A stretch of DNA of 64,000 nucleotides from Alphaproteobacteria bacterium (GCA_964291215.2 OZ219791.1:672001-736000), one strand, 5' to 3'; shown: positions 53,589-64,000, counted from the first letter of the stretch. The notes: generated by a model from the letters alone, not told the origin. Translations and numbers: made by a program.

Positions 53589-53933
53589 AATACGACACTC
53601 GCAAGCGGATTTACGCGTTGGCGGAAAATTTTTTTGTGGACATCTCAGGACGGGAAAGAAGAGAAAAACAATAATAAATTCAGCGTATTATGAGAAAATA
53701 ACGATTTCTGTCCCGCCCGTTCCGTCTGGACTGTGGGCAAAAACTGGATCAGTTGGCCACAGGACGTGTGCGCAAGACACCGCCGGAACATCGGCCCGGG
53801 GAGCGGCCGTCGGGCAGGTCGGTCATGTGACGGGAAGCGTTTCGCGGGGCGCGTCCGGGCCGGCCGCCGCGGCATGTGGAAAACGGTGTGCGCCGCCAGT
53901 GGCGGCGCTCTTTGGTTTCCCGATCGGCGGGTT

Positions 53934-54539
53934 TCAGCCCTTGCCGAGGCCGGGAGGTTGTGTGCCCTTGTAGCTGGTCAGGTTGATGATCTCGAGGATG
54001 TTGCCGTCGGGATCGTGGAAATAGGCGCTGGGGCCGTTGACTGCGCCGCCCTGGCGGTCTTCCTCGAAGAAGATCTCGACGCCGCTTTCGGTCAGGAACG
54101 CCTTCGCGTCCTCGTATTCGTCTGCGGCCACGATGAAGTCGTGATGGAGGTCGTGTTCTTTGGGATCGGCGGCCTGTGCGGAGCGCGCGAGAATTATGCA
54201 GTCACCGCCGCTGTCGAGAAAGACCATGTCGCGTTCGTGATTGATCAAGGCTCTTCTTTTGTCCGGTTCCGTCCGACGAGGGGCGTTGTAGGCAGATCTG
54301 GAGTCCATTCGGGGGCGGATTTCGTTGTCGATATGCCGGTTCCGACCTTGAGACGGTGCCACCAACTTCAAGAACTGCCACTCTGACACGGTTGTCCGCC
54401 GCCGACCGCGACAACAGAATGGTCCTGCGTGATTGACCTGCACGGCCGTCATGCCTAGGATTTCCGTATAGAATGCCAGGATGCGTTCCGCATCGGTGAC
54501 CGGGATCGTGAAGTGGGCGACGCCCATCGTCCTTATCAT
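53934..54539 (-). CDS. VOC family protein carrying a 64-codon in-frame insertion
   Basis: HFTIPVTD..AFYTEILG then insert then MVFL..HHDF..YFHDPDGNILEI. Confidence 0.85.
   Translation of the reverse strand: MIRTMGVAHFTIPVTDAERILAFYTEILGMTAVQVNHAGPFCCRGRRRTTVSEWQFLKLVAPSQGRNRHIDNEIRPRMDSRSAYNAPRRTEPDKRRALINHERDMVFLDSGGDCIILARSAQAADPKEHDLHHDFIVAADEYEDAKAFLTESGVEIFFEEDRQGGAVNGPSAYFHDPDGNILEIINLTSYKGTQPPGLGKG
54245..54427. mobile_element. ~183-bp MITE with ISAs1-like ends
   Basis: CGTGATTGA duplicated at 54236-54244 and 54428-54436; ends CAAGGCTCTTC / GAATGGTCCTG. Confidence 0.8.
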
Positions 54540-54710
54540 GGCTTGCCTGTATCGGTGAAAATTCCGTGGAAGGTTGGCGGCGATTGCATTCTGTTGCGGC
54601 GCGGCAGCCGATCGCCGGCCGGAACCGGGCCGGATGTCCGGGAGCGGGAAGGACGCGCGGGAGACGCATGGGGTTTTGCCTCGGCACCTTGGAAAACGAT
54701 GGAGCAAGAC

Positions 54711-55109
54711 ATGCCTGATACTCATCCCACACGCAAGCTGGCGCATGCGACGCTGGCGACGGCGCCGGAAATCGGCGGTCGGAGAGACTTCTTTACCTAT
54801 CGGGATCTCGGCGTCACCGAAGCGAGCCTCGGCAAGCTGCGCGCGCAGACCATGGCGGCGCGGCGGGGAATGACCGAGCCCACCGGCTGGCATTACCATG
54901 TCTGTGATGGCCAGTTCGTCTACATGATCAACGGCTGGGTCGATCTTGAGTTCGAGACCGGTGAGACTATCAGGGTCGAGGCCGGCCAGTCGCTGTTCAT
55001 CCCCGGCGGCATGCGCCACAACGAGATTGCCGCTTCTGACGACCTCGAGATTCTGGAACTGTCGGTCCCGGCCGAGATGGGCACCGTGGCCTGCGATGCG
55101 CCGGCTTGA
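54711..55109 (+). CDS. cupin domain protein
   Basis: YRDLG, GWHYH..QFVY..GW, IPGGMRHNE. Confidence 0.88.
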   Translation: MPDTHPTRKLAHATLATAPEIGGRRDFFTYRDLGVTEASLGKLRAQTMAARRGMTEPTGWHYHVCDGQFVYMINGWVDLEFETGETIRVEAGQSLFIPGGMRHNEIAASDDLEILELSVPAEMGTVACDAPA

Positions 55110-55157
55110 GGATGCCGACCGTGGGCTCGGGCTTCGGCTCGCAGCCTGCGGGATGGA

Positions 55158-55232
55158 TGGTGGGCGCGGCTGGGATTGAACCAGCGACCTCTCGCGTGTG
55201 AGGCGAGCGCTCTCCCGCTGAGCTACGCGCCC
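55158..55232 (-). tRNA. tRNA-Val(CAC)
   Basis: GGGCGCGTAGCTCAGCGGGAGAGCG-CTCGC CT CAC AC GCGAG-AGGTCGCTGGTTCAATCCCAGCCGCGCCCACCA cloverleaf with encoded CCA. Confidence 0.97.
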
Positions 55233-55363
55233 ATCGTGATGGACCGGCTAGCGCACAGATAAGCCTTGCCGCCCGGGGCTGTCAACCGCGGCGGATCAGC
55301 CGCCGAACGGAAGGCGTGGCCCGCGGACGGGGCAGGATGTCCGGTATCTGGAGTGATGCAGCG

Positions 55364-55972
55364 ATGGTTCAGTTGGGCCGCTTCGGGAAATTGCTGCTGG
55401 CCGCCGTTTGCGCGGCGACCGTCGGCGCGTGTGCGCCTCTGCCCGACGGCCCCGGGCCCGCCCCGATCTCGTTCAGCGGGATGCCGCCGCTTTTCCTTGA
55501 CGTGGGCCGCATCGACTTCGACAACCGCTACCGTTCACCAGCGGCGGCGCCGAACGTCGAACACCTGCTGATCGAGCCGCCCGCCACTGTCGTACGGGGC
55601 TGGGTTCGCGACCGCCTGCACGCCGCGGGAGGCTCCGGTGCGCTCCGCGTCACCCTCCACCGGGCCGATGTGGTGGAAACTCGGCTTGCGCCCGAAGGCG
55701 GGCTTCGCGGCCTGTTCACCACTGAACAGACCGAACGCTATGACGCGGTGATCGGCGTGTCGCTGGAGATCCTCGATGCGGCCGGCGAGAGCCGATCGCG
55801 CATAAATGCCGAGGTCAGGCGCTCGCGCACGATCGCGGAAGACGTTTCGGTGAACGAACGCCGGGTGATATGGCATGAAATGCTCCGGGCGCTTGCCGGC
55901 AGCCTGGACCGGACTGTCGAGGATCAGGTTCGCAAGCATTTCGGCGACTGGCTGCAGCGGCCGCGGAACTGA
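55364..55972 (+). CDS. putative lipoprotein
   Basis: Signal peptide with lipobox VGAC; start uncertain. Confidence 0.75.
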   Translation: MVQLGRFGKLLLAAVCAATVGACAPLPDGPGPAPISFSGMPPLFLDVGRIDFDNRYRSPAAAPNVEHLLIEPPATVVRGWVRDRLHAAGGSGALRVTLHRADVVETRLAPEGGLRGLFTTEQTERYDAVIGVSLEILDAAGESRSRINAEVRRSRTIAEDVSVNERRVIWHEMLRALAGSLDRTVEDQVRKHFGDWLQRPRN

Positions 55973-55994
55973 CGAAACGGTTGGCGGCTCCGGG

Positions 55995-57440
55995 CTAGTT
56001 TCGCCAGAACCAGGGCGCGAACATCACCAGGACGGTGAACAGTTCGAGCCGGCCCAGCAGCATGCCGGCGCTGAGCACCCACTTGGCGCTGTCCTTGAGA
56101 CTCGCGAAATTTCCGTCGGGACCAATGATCTCCCCGAGAGCCGGCCCGACATTGCAGATGGCGGTCGCGGCGCCGGAGACAGCTGTCAGGAAATCGAGTC
56201 CGAGGAAGTGCAGCATCGCTGCGAGGACGGCGAAGGTCAGCGCGAAGAGGAAGAAGAAGCTCATGACCGAACTTGCGGCGTCGTCGGTGATGGGACGGCC
56301 GTTGAACGTCGCGATAAACACGCCGTGAGGCCGGATCAGCCTCTTCATCTGCGCCTTGGCGGTCTCGTAGAGCACTTGAAAGCGGAAGACCTTGATCGAA
56401 CAGGTGGTCGAACCCGCGCACCCGCCGATGAACATGATGAAAAAGAAGACCCCGATCGCAAAGGTTCCCCAGCCGGCATAGTTGGTCGAGCTGTATCCGG
56501 TGCCGGTCATGATCGACAGTGTGTTGAAGGCCGCTTCCCGGAGCGCCCTGCCGAAGCTGATGTCGTTGTTCAGGTAGTGGGTCAGCGTGACGATGGCGAT
56601 CAGCACGGCCACGATCCAGCAGAACCACCGCACCTGGTCGTCCCGTAGGAGCGCCGGGCGGCCGCGCACGAGCTGGAGGTAGAGGACGAACGGCAGCGCG
56701 CCGAGGAACATGAACGCGGCAATGATGATTTCGGCGGTCGGATTTGCGAAGGCGCCGATGGAGGCGTCCCGCGTCGAGAAGCCGCCGGTTGCGATGGTGG
56801 TCATGGAATGGGCGATTGCGTCGAAGACGCCGAGGCCCGCGGTCCATAGCGAGATGGCGCAGAGCAGGGTAAGCGCGACATAGATGGCGCCGACGCCGCC
56901 GACGATCTGGACAACTCGTGGCAGAACCTTTTCCGACCGGTCCGAGGACTCCATCCTGAAGAGCTGGTTACCACCGATCTGGAGCATCGGAAGGATGGCG
57001 ATGGACATCACGATGATGCCGATCCCTCCGAGCCACTGCAGTATGGCGCGCCACAGCAATATGCCGGTTGAGGCGCTGTCGAGGCCCGTGATCACTGTCG
57101 ATCCGGTCGTGGTCAGCCCCGACATCGATTCAAAGAACGCGTCGGTGAAGCTGAGCCCGAGGTCGCTGAAGGCGAAGGGCAGCGCGGCGAACACGGTAAG
57201 CGCGAGCCAGCTCGTCGTCGTGAGCACGAATGCCTGGCGGATCGAGAGCTGGGCCAGCGGTGCGCGCATGGTCAGGAGCAGCGTGACTCCCATGAACACG
57301 GTGAACCCACCCGTGACAGCGAAAACGCGCCAGTTGGGGTTGCCGTTCAGCAGTTCGACCAGCAACGGCACGCCCATCCCTGCGGCCAGAACCGTCAGGA
57401 GAATGCCGATGACGTAGAAGACCGGTCTGTAGTCGATCAT
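55995..57440 (-). CDS. trkH: Trk potassium uptake membrane protein
   Basis: FESMSGLTTTG, QWLGGIG, ATGGFS, GNVGP-like, MLLGRLE. Confidence 0.96.
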   Translation of the reverse strand: MIDYRPVFYVIGILLTVLAAGMGVPLLVELLNGNPNWRVFAVTGGFTVFMGVTLLLTMRAPLAQLSIRQAFVLTTTSWLALTVFAALPFAFSDLGLSFTDAFFESMSGLTTTGSTVITGLDSASTGILLWRAILQWLGGIGIIVMSIAILPMLQIGGNQLFRMESSDRSEKVLPRVVQIVGGVGAIYVALTLLCAISLWTAGLGVFDAIAHSMTTIATGGFSTRDASIGAFANPTAEIIIAAFMFLGALPFVLYLQLVRGRPALLRDDQVRWFCWIVAVLIAIVTLTHYLNNDISFGRALREAAFNTLSIMTGTGYSSTNYAGWGTFAIGVFFFIMFIGGCAGSTTCSIKVFRFQVLYETAKAQMKRLIRPHGVFIATFNGRPITDDAASSVMSFFFLFALTFAVLAAMLHFLGLDFLTAVSGAATAICNVGPALGEIIGPDGNFASLKDSAKWVLSAGMLLGRLELFTVLVMFAPWFWRN

Positions 57441-57458
57441 GGGTCGGCCCGCGTCCGA

Positions 57459-57851
57459 CTAGTTCAGCTTGCGCGTCTCGTGCGGCGTGTCGAGCGAGAA
57501 GGCGGGAATCTCGATCTCGAACTTCTCGCCCGAATCGTAGCGCATTTGGTAATTGCCATGCATGATTCCGGACGGTGTCGGCAGCAGCGTCCCGCTCGAA
57601 TACTCGTAGGACTTGCCGGGATCGATGATCGGCTGTTCGCCGATGACGCCGGCGCCCCGCACCTTCTGGACCCGACCGAGAGCGTCGGTGATATGCCAGT
57701 AGCGCGAGATCAGTTGAACCGTCTTGGCACCTTCGTTGACGATGCGGACGCTGTAGGCCCAGACGAATTGGCCTTCCTCGGGCTCGGACTGGTTCTCGAG
57801 ATAGGTTGGCTCCACGTCTACGCGGATCTCTTGGGTAACGGCTGTGTACAT
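57459..57851 (-). CDS. apaG: ApaG domain protein
   Basis: [32 protein letters not shown]. Confidence 0.96.
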   Translation of the reverse strand: MYTAVTQEIRVDVEPTYLENQSEPEEGQFVWAYSVRIVNEGAKTVQLISRYWHITDALGRVQKVRGAGVIGEQPIIDPGKSYEYSSGTLLPTPSGIMHGNYQMRYDSGEKFEIEIPAFSLDTPHETRKLN

Positions 57852-57932
57852 CTGATGTCCATCCGCTTCGGGTTGGTTCCATGAGTTCCGTCGGTGTCGC
57901 GAGCGGTCCCGCGACGCCGGAGTTCCCGGACG

Positions 57933-59141
57933 CTAGGCGCCGGCGAATGCCGTGGCCAGCGCCTGCTCGAGATCGTCCTTCACATCTTCGGCATCTTCAA
58001 GGCCCACCGACAGACGCACCATGCCGTCGTCGATGCCGAGATGTGCGCGCTCTTCCGGCGCCACACGTTGATGCGTTGTCGTCGCGGGATGGGTGAGCAG
58101 GCTCTTGCTGTCGCCGAGATTGTTCGAGATGTCGATCATCCTGAGCGCGTTCATGAAGCGGAACGCTGCCGCCTTTCCGCCTTCCAGTGAAAAGGTGATG
58201 ACGTTCCCGAAATCCGACATCTGCCGCGCCGCCAGTTCATGCTGCGGGTGATCGGCAAGTCCAGGATAGCGAACCCGGGCCAGACCTTCTCGGCCAGACA
58301 GGTATTCGGCGATCATCATAGCATTGCGGCAATGGCGTTCGATGCGAAGCTCAAGCGTCTCCAGCCCCTTGAGAAGCACCCAGGCATTGAACGGGCTGAG
58401 GGACGGGCCGGTATGGCGCATGAACGGCTTGAGGATGTTCTCGCAGTAATCCTCGTCGCCGAGAACGATGCCGCCGAGACACCGTCCCTGGCCATCGATG
58501 TGCTTGGTTGCGGAATAGACCACGATGTCTGCGCCAAGCGCGAGCGGCTTCTGCAGAAGGGGCGATGCGAACACGTTGTCAATTATCACCCGGGCTCCGG
58601 CACCGTGGGCGAGATCGCAGATGGCCGGGATATCGACGATATCGAGGCCCGGGTTCGAGGGGCTCTCGATGAATACGCACCTCGTCGGCCGTCCGAGCGC
58701 GTCCCGCCACTGGTCGAGATCGCCGCCGTCGACAAGCGTCGTCTCCACGCCGTAGCGCGGAAGGATCTCGGTGAGGATGAAGAGGCAGGAGCCGAACAGG
58801 GCGCGGCTCGCAACGACATGGTCGCCGGCCTCGACCATGCAGGCCATCGAAGCAAAGACGGCGGCCATGCCGGTGGCCGTGGCGCGGCCGCTTTCAGCGC
58901 TTTCGATCAGCGCCATGCGCTCCTGGAACATGTCGACCGTGGGGTTGGAGAACCGCGAATAGATGAAGCGGTCGATTTCGTCCTTGAAGGCCCCCTCGGC
59001 CTGCTCCGCATATTCGTAGACATAGCCGGAGGTTGCGAATATCGCCTCGCTGGTTTCGCCGAAGTCGCTGCGCCTTGTACCTCCGCGCACCGCCAAGGTC
59101 TGCGGCCGCCAGCTTTCCTGAACGGGTTTGTTGATTGTCAT
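57933..59141 (-). CDS. metZ: O-succinylhomoserine sulfhydrylase
   Basis: RSDFGETSEAIF, YSRFSNPT, PLP lysine YSATKHIDGQGR, NNLGDSKS. Confidence 0.95.
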   Translation of the reverse strand: MTINKPVQESWRPQTLAVRGGTRRSDFGETSEAIFATSGYVYEYAEQAEGAFKDEIDRFIYSRFSNPTVDMFQERMALIESAESGRATATGMAAVFASMACMVEAGDHVVASRALFGSCLFILTEILPRYGVETTLVDGGDLDQWRDALGRPTRCVFIESPSNPGLDIVDIPAICDLAHGAGARVIIDNVFASPLLQKPLALGADIVVYSATKHIDGQGRCLGGIVLGDEDYCENILKPFMRHTGPSLSPFNAWVLLKGLETLELRIERHCRNAMMIAEYLSGREGLARVRYPGLADHPQHELAARQMSDFGNVITFSLEGGKAAAFRFMNALRMIDISNNLGDSKSLLTHPATTTHQRVAPEERAHLGIDDGMVRLSVGLEDAEDVKDDLEQALATAFAGA

Positions 59142-59204
59142 CTGGCTGCCCGGCCCTTCCCGCCTCGATATGGTTACCGGCTGGCCGGGGCTTTGTCGGA
59201 TACC

Positions 59205-59266
59205 GCGACCTTTTAGCGCATTCGTTTAACGTGGCCGCAAGCCGGTCAGCACAAATCACCACGAAG
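59205..59266 (-). ncRNA. SAM-II (SAM-alpha) riboswitch
   Basis: CGTGGTGATTTG...GCTTGCGGCCACGTTAAAC...GCTAAAAGG upstream of metZ. Confidence 0.88.
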
Positions 59267-59353
59267 CGCTGACATACCCGTTTCGCCGGATGGCGTCAAG
59301 TTCCAGCAGGATCATCCCAGAGATGTCTTACGCTAAATTCTGTTTGATTTTTC

Positions 59354-61160
59354 GTAACTGCCCAGGTACCCGGCCGGGTCTGAATATGTGGTGACGTTGG
59401 GCGCGTGGGGGCCGTTTTGAGTGTCGTCATGTTGTTGATTCTAGGAAGCTTGACTCTACAGGCAACATGAGCTTATATGTTGCCCTCTGTGATGAGAGGG
59501 TCGGCGGTTGGGGTATTTCGAATCGAAGGCGATGCTGGCGGGGGAACGTCTCGCGGTGCTGGCCGCGATCATGGCCGTCGAGGCCGGGGAGGGTTCGTGA
59601 CAGTCTCGTGTTGCGCGAGGACCTCGCTGCCTACGACGAGGCATTCGTGCGCCTGCAGGATCTTTTCAGTGCACCCTCCTTCGCCATGACAACCGTCGAT
59701 CCGGGAATGGGGTCAGGGACTGCTGCGCCGCGGCGCTGATCAAGGAGGTCGACGCGCTGGAGCACGAGAACATCCACTTGCGCGAACGGGTTGCCGCACT
59801 CGAGCGCAGCGCCGCGCTCGACAGCTCCACCAGCTCCAAGCCGCCGGCCAGCGACGGTCTGAAGAAGAAGAGTGTACCCCGGGAGAAGCGCACCCGGAGC
59901 CGGCGCCGCAAGTCCGACAGGCGGCGGCCAGCCACAAGGTAACCACTCTGGAGCGGGCCGAAAGCCCGGACCATGTCGTCGATCATGATCCTTGCGCCTG
60001 TAAAGGCTGCGGCGCGCCGCTGTCGGATGATGACCGTCACGCAGAACCCGTCCGTCGGCAGGTTTTCGATGTGCCGCAGCCCCTCGAGGTCACCGAACAT
60101 CGCTGCCTTTGCGCCGCCTGCGCCACCGTGACAACAGCCGCCTTCCCGCACGGCGCCCCGGTCCAGTACGGGCCGCGCATCACCGCGTGGGTCTGTCGCA
60201 CGCCCGGTTCATTCCCGAACAGCGCGTCGCCGAGGTCATGAGCGACCTCTTCGCGGTCAGGATCTCAAAGGCCACCATCGCCGCCATGAGCCGGCGCACC
60301 GCCCGGCGCTTCAAGGACTTCCTCGATCATGTCGCAGAGATCATCCGCACCCGGGCACCGGTCAAACACCTCGACGAGACCGGCATCCGCATCGCCGGCC
60401 GGACCCGGTGGCTCCATGTGCCGTGCACCCCGTTGCTCACCATCCTGCGCATCGCCGCCGGGCGCCACCACATCGACGAGAAGCTCAACGGCATCGTCAT
60501 CCATGACGACTACGCCACCTGCTTCACTCTCGAGGGCGTGCGCCACGGCGCCTGCAACGCCCATCACCTGCGCGAACTCCAGGCCCTGATCGAGATCGAG
60601 AAGGAAGACTGGGCAGCCGCCATGCACCGGCTCCTCATCCGTGCCAACAGAGCCGCCCGCTTCGCCCGCAAGAACAACCGCGACATGCCCGCTTCACTGG
60701 TCGCCCGCATCTCGCAGGCCCGGGACAGGATTCTCGAGTGTGCGATCGCTTTCCACGAAGACAGGCCGCCGCTCCAGCCAGGAAAGCACGGACGAAAAAA
60801 AAACGCCGCACCGGTCACAACCTCGCGCTCCCGCTCCGCAGGCACAAGGACGGGTGCCTGCGCTTCCTCACCAACCCCCGTTCTCCAACAACGAGGCGCG
60901 GCCTCCGGATGGGCAAGCTGCGACAGAAGATCTCGGGCGGCTTCCGCTCCATGCAAGGCGCTTGGGACTTCGCCGACCTGCGATCCGTCATCGCCACCGC
61001 CCGGAAGCAGGGCTGGAATGTTCTCGAAACGCTGGCCCACCCCGACCCCATCCAGCTGATCCAGAAACTGCGCTTGTGAAACCCCTCCCCGGCGCCATCA
61101 GACCGTAACCATCAATTCACCGCCTGTGAGCGCTCGCCGGAATCAGACCTGGGCAGTTAC
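59354..61160 (+). mobile_element. IS66-family element with frameshifted transposase
   Basis: TIR GTAACTGCCCAGGT / ACCTGGGCAGTTAC; flanks GATTTTTC / GATTTTC; SSKPPASDG, HLDETG, HDDY, CNAHHLREL, KISGGFRS. Confidence 0.93.
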
Positions 61161-61216
61161 GATTTTCAAGGTGGTATCTGGGTTTTGCGGGGCGCGGGTC
61201 GGTGCGAGGAGATTTT

Positions 61217-62578
61217 GTATCTACTCACCCCTAGTGTTATGTCAGCAATGATATGTCGTACATTTGGTGCTAGACTGTCCGTCCATTCGGGATGGAGGTC
61301 GGAGTATGAAACGCTACCTGGTGACCCTGGACGAACGGGCAGAACTTTCGGAGATCAAGGGCTCGCACCTGTCGCAAAAGGTAATCAACGCCCTGCTTAA
61401 CTGCGACGAGGGCGTGTTCAATGAATGCCAGATGACCGGGAAGGTCATTGCCGAGATTCTGCGCATCAGCATGCGCAAAGTAGACCGGGTGAAAAAGCGT
61501 TTCGAGGGGTTGGGGGCGGCATTGGGTGGCCGGCAAGGACGCCGTCCTACCTACATGCGAAAAGCCGACGGCACCTTCGAGGCGCGCTTGGTGGCCCTGA
61601 GTTGTGGTGAACCGCCCGAGGGTCACGCGCAATGGTCGTTGCGGCTGCTGGCCGACCGCGTTGTTGACCTTGGTTACACCGTGTCACACGAGACGGTGCG
61701 GCGTGTTCTAAAAAAAACTGCCTCAAGCCATGGCAGCGGGTGGGTGATTCCTCCTCAAGGGAACGCCGACTTCGCCGCAGCGAAGGTGCTCGATGTCTAT
61801 CGCCGCCCCGCCGCCTTCCCCGTGGTCTGCATGGACGAAACGCCCCGACCGGCGAGACACGGCAACCGATCGCCATGGCGCCGGGACGGGCGTAACGACT
61901 ACGAGTATCGACATTGCGGCACCTGCAACGTCTTCACGGAACCCCTAGCCGGCAAGCGCATGACCAAGGTAACCGAGCGCAAGATCGACTGGGCGCAGTT
62001 CCTGGCCGACATCGCCGAGCGCTACCAGGATGCTACCACCATCACCTTGGTGATGGACAATCTCAACACTCCCCGGCGCCCTCTATGAGGCCTACCCGCC
62101 GGACGAGGCCAAGGCCTTGTGGGACCGCTTCGAGTTCGTCTACACCCCCAAGCACGGCAGTTGGCTGAACGTGGTCGAACTCAACGTCATGATCCGCCTG
62201 AACCGCCGCATCGACTGCATCGAGGTGCTACGCCGGGAAGTTGCCGCCTGGCAGGCGACCGCATTCAGGCCAAGGTGGATTGGCAGTTCACCACCGACGA
62301 TGCCCGCGTGAAACTCAAACGTCTTTATCCGACATTTAACGAATGACAAGACACTAGTTGGGTTCTGATTGGTCGTAGTGCTCGTTGATGATGTCTGCGG
62401 CTTTTCCGTCGAGGGCGATCTGGTGGCGACGAGTGGGTTGTAGCCGAGTGCCGCCATGGAGGTGAGGTGGCTTGAGCCCCGGCACCATGCTTTTGCGTGG
62501 AGCGGAAGCATCCGGACACCTTGAGCTTTGCCATCCTGATCTTCTGTTCTCCGGCATTGTTGGTGAAGCTGACGTTGG
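61217..62578 (-). mobile_element. 3' remnant of a second IS66, split by IS630 and cut by a group II intron
   Basis: FTNNAGEQKIRMAKLKVSGCFRS at ~62480-62578; end GTATCTACTCACCCC at 61217. Confidence 0.72.
61232..62356 (+). mobile_element. degenerate IS630-family element
   Basis: TAGTGTTATGTCA / TGACAAGACACTA ends at CTAG; WSLRLLA, VCMDE, VMDNLNT, TPKHGSWLN, VDWQFTT. Confidence 0.92.
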
Positions 62579-64000
62579 GTGCGCCAGGCTAACTGGTGGA
62601 ATGTTGCCGGGTGCAAGTCCCGAGAGAGGCTAACCACCACTTTCTCCGTGAACCATGCGTCGTGAGGCGTCAGGCGAAGCGTTGGGGAGCGGCAGGCCGG
62701 GCTATTGAGCCACGAGATGCTTTGAAACCGGAGTGCCGAGGTCGTGGCCGAAGGCAACACCCCGCGAGCCGCGTTGGTGAGGCGAGCGGGGGCTCCGCGG
62801 GGTCCGAGAACCATGGCCGAAGCAGGGACCTGGGAGGTCTTGCCCCTCTGTCGTGGAGGGGCCGCAGAGGAAAGGAACTATTCCGTAAACCGATGATGAA
62901 CGAGAAGTCAGATTCGGCCATAGTACCGCTGAAGGCAGCGAACAAAGGTTCTCCGGAGCCTGCGGAGTTGCTGGAGGGAAGGGCAATGCGATTGGCCCGC
63001 GCCGCGCGCAGAAGCGGGGGTCACAGGCGGCTGAACGCAGGTAGCGAAGAGGAACCCGGAAGAGCGTCTTTACTCCACCACGTGATGTCCTGCACGACGC
63101 GTTCCATTCCTTGAGGAAGGACGCGGCGGCGGGGCGTTGTGTGGCAAGCGTACGCGGAAGGGGTGGAACTGGTTGACCTACACGACCGTGTGCACAGGGG
63201 TGCGTACCGAGCGCCTCCAGGGTCTACATTCCCAAGGAGGATGGAGGGCAACGACCGCTTGGCATTGCCTCGGACAAGATTCTTCAGCGGGCAGTGTGAT
63301 TCTGGTGCCGCTCTACGAAACGGAGTTCCTCGGTTTCAGCTACGGTTTCCGGCCGGGGCGCATCACGCGCTCGACGCCGTCACGGTGGAACGGCGGAAGG
63401 TCAACTGGATCGTTGACGCCCGTGGGTTCTTCGACAATCTCGACCGCGACCATCTGATTGCGATGCTCGAGAAACGGATCGGGGGGTTATCCGGCTGATC
63501 ATCAAGTGACGCCGGCGTCATGGAAGGGACCGACTGGCAAGGGAACACCGCAGGGGGCGATTGTATCGCCCTGCCTCGCGAACGTTTACCTGCACTACGT
63601 GCGACTGGTTCCAGAACCACTGGCGCAAGCGGATGGCTGGAGGCGACACGATCATTATGCGGACGACTTCGTGTGCGGCTTTCAGCATCTGGGCGATGCG
63701 CAGCGCTTTCTCCGGGACCTTGGGGAGAGGCTGGCCCACTTGAACTGCACCCGGAAAATCATCGAGTTCGGTCGGTTTGCCAGAGCGAACCGCCGGAAGC
63801 AGGGCAAGACGTTCGACTTCCTCGGCATGACGCACTTCTGCGAACAGACGAGGAAAGGCAGGTTCAGGGTCGGTCGCAAACCGTCTCGCAAACGGGCACC
63901 CTGCGGCGGATCAAGGAGGCCTTGCGCATGCGATGGCACGACAACCGGCACGAAACGGCCAAGTGGCTTGGGCGAGTTATCAACGGCTGGCTCAGCTACT
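62579..64000 (+). mobile_element. ltrA: group II intron with degenerate RT/maturase (class D-like), runs off window edge
   Basis: 5' GTGCG; RT fragments YIPKEDG.QRPLGI, FSYGFRPG, GFFDNLD, GTPQG, LANVYLHY, ADDF in shifting frames. Confidence 0.92.

Noticed and set aside
55110-55232. tRNA-Val as an island attachment site
   Set aside because: No integrase and no duplicated tRNA 3' end found in the window
62579-64000. Reverse transcriptase as retron, DGR or defence RT
   Set aside because: GTGCG 5' end, intron-like leader and maturase motifs identify an ordinary group II intron

Overview
GC-rich alphaproteobacterial chromosomal segment (lineage inferred from a GcrA-like gene, a SAM-II riboswitch before metZ, the cycM/kdsB-pheA/nudC neighbourhood and mnmG-rsmG-parA-parB with two perfect parS sites). 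Intact genes: narK1-narK2-narG (narG cut by the window edge), an amidase, an Rpn/YhgA nuclease, mnmG-rsmG-parAB, cobalamin genes (cobK, cbiD, cobA, cobB, PduO-type adenosyltransferase), a GGT-family enzyme, a MesD-like core methionine synthase operon, pcaF plus a MaoC-like dehydratase, MarR with two AEC transporters, cytochrome c, kdsB, pheA, nudC, tRNA-Val(CAC), trkH, apaG and metZ. Between them are clusters of decayed mobile DNA (ISKra4-like, IS4, IS1634, IS110, IS630, IS256, IS66, ISAs1, two group II introns, three MITE families) and eroded pseudogenes carrying many short deletions. Best leads: tandem NrdR-like boxes upstream of a short GcrA homologue, a MITE inserted exactly in frame in a VOC gene, an ORF-less group II intron antisense within an amidase gene, a GANTC/DnaA-box-rich candidate origin next to parS, an internal RpnS start, and a candidate IS110 bridge RNA. 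No CRISPR array, rRNA or intact prophage was seen, and no single large novel multi-gene system could be established from sequence alone. All family calls are from motif recognition by eye, not database searches.
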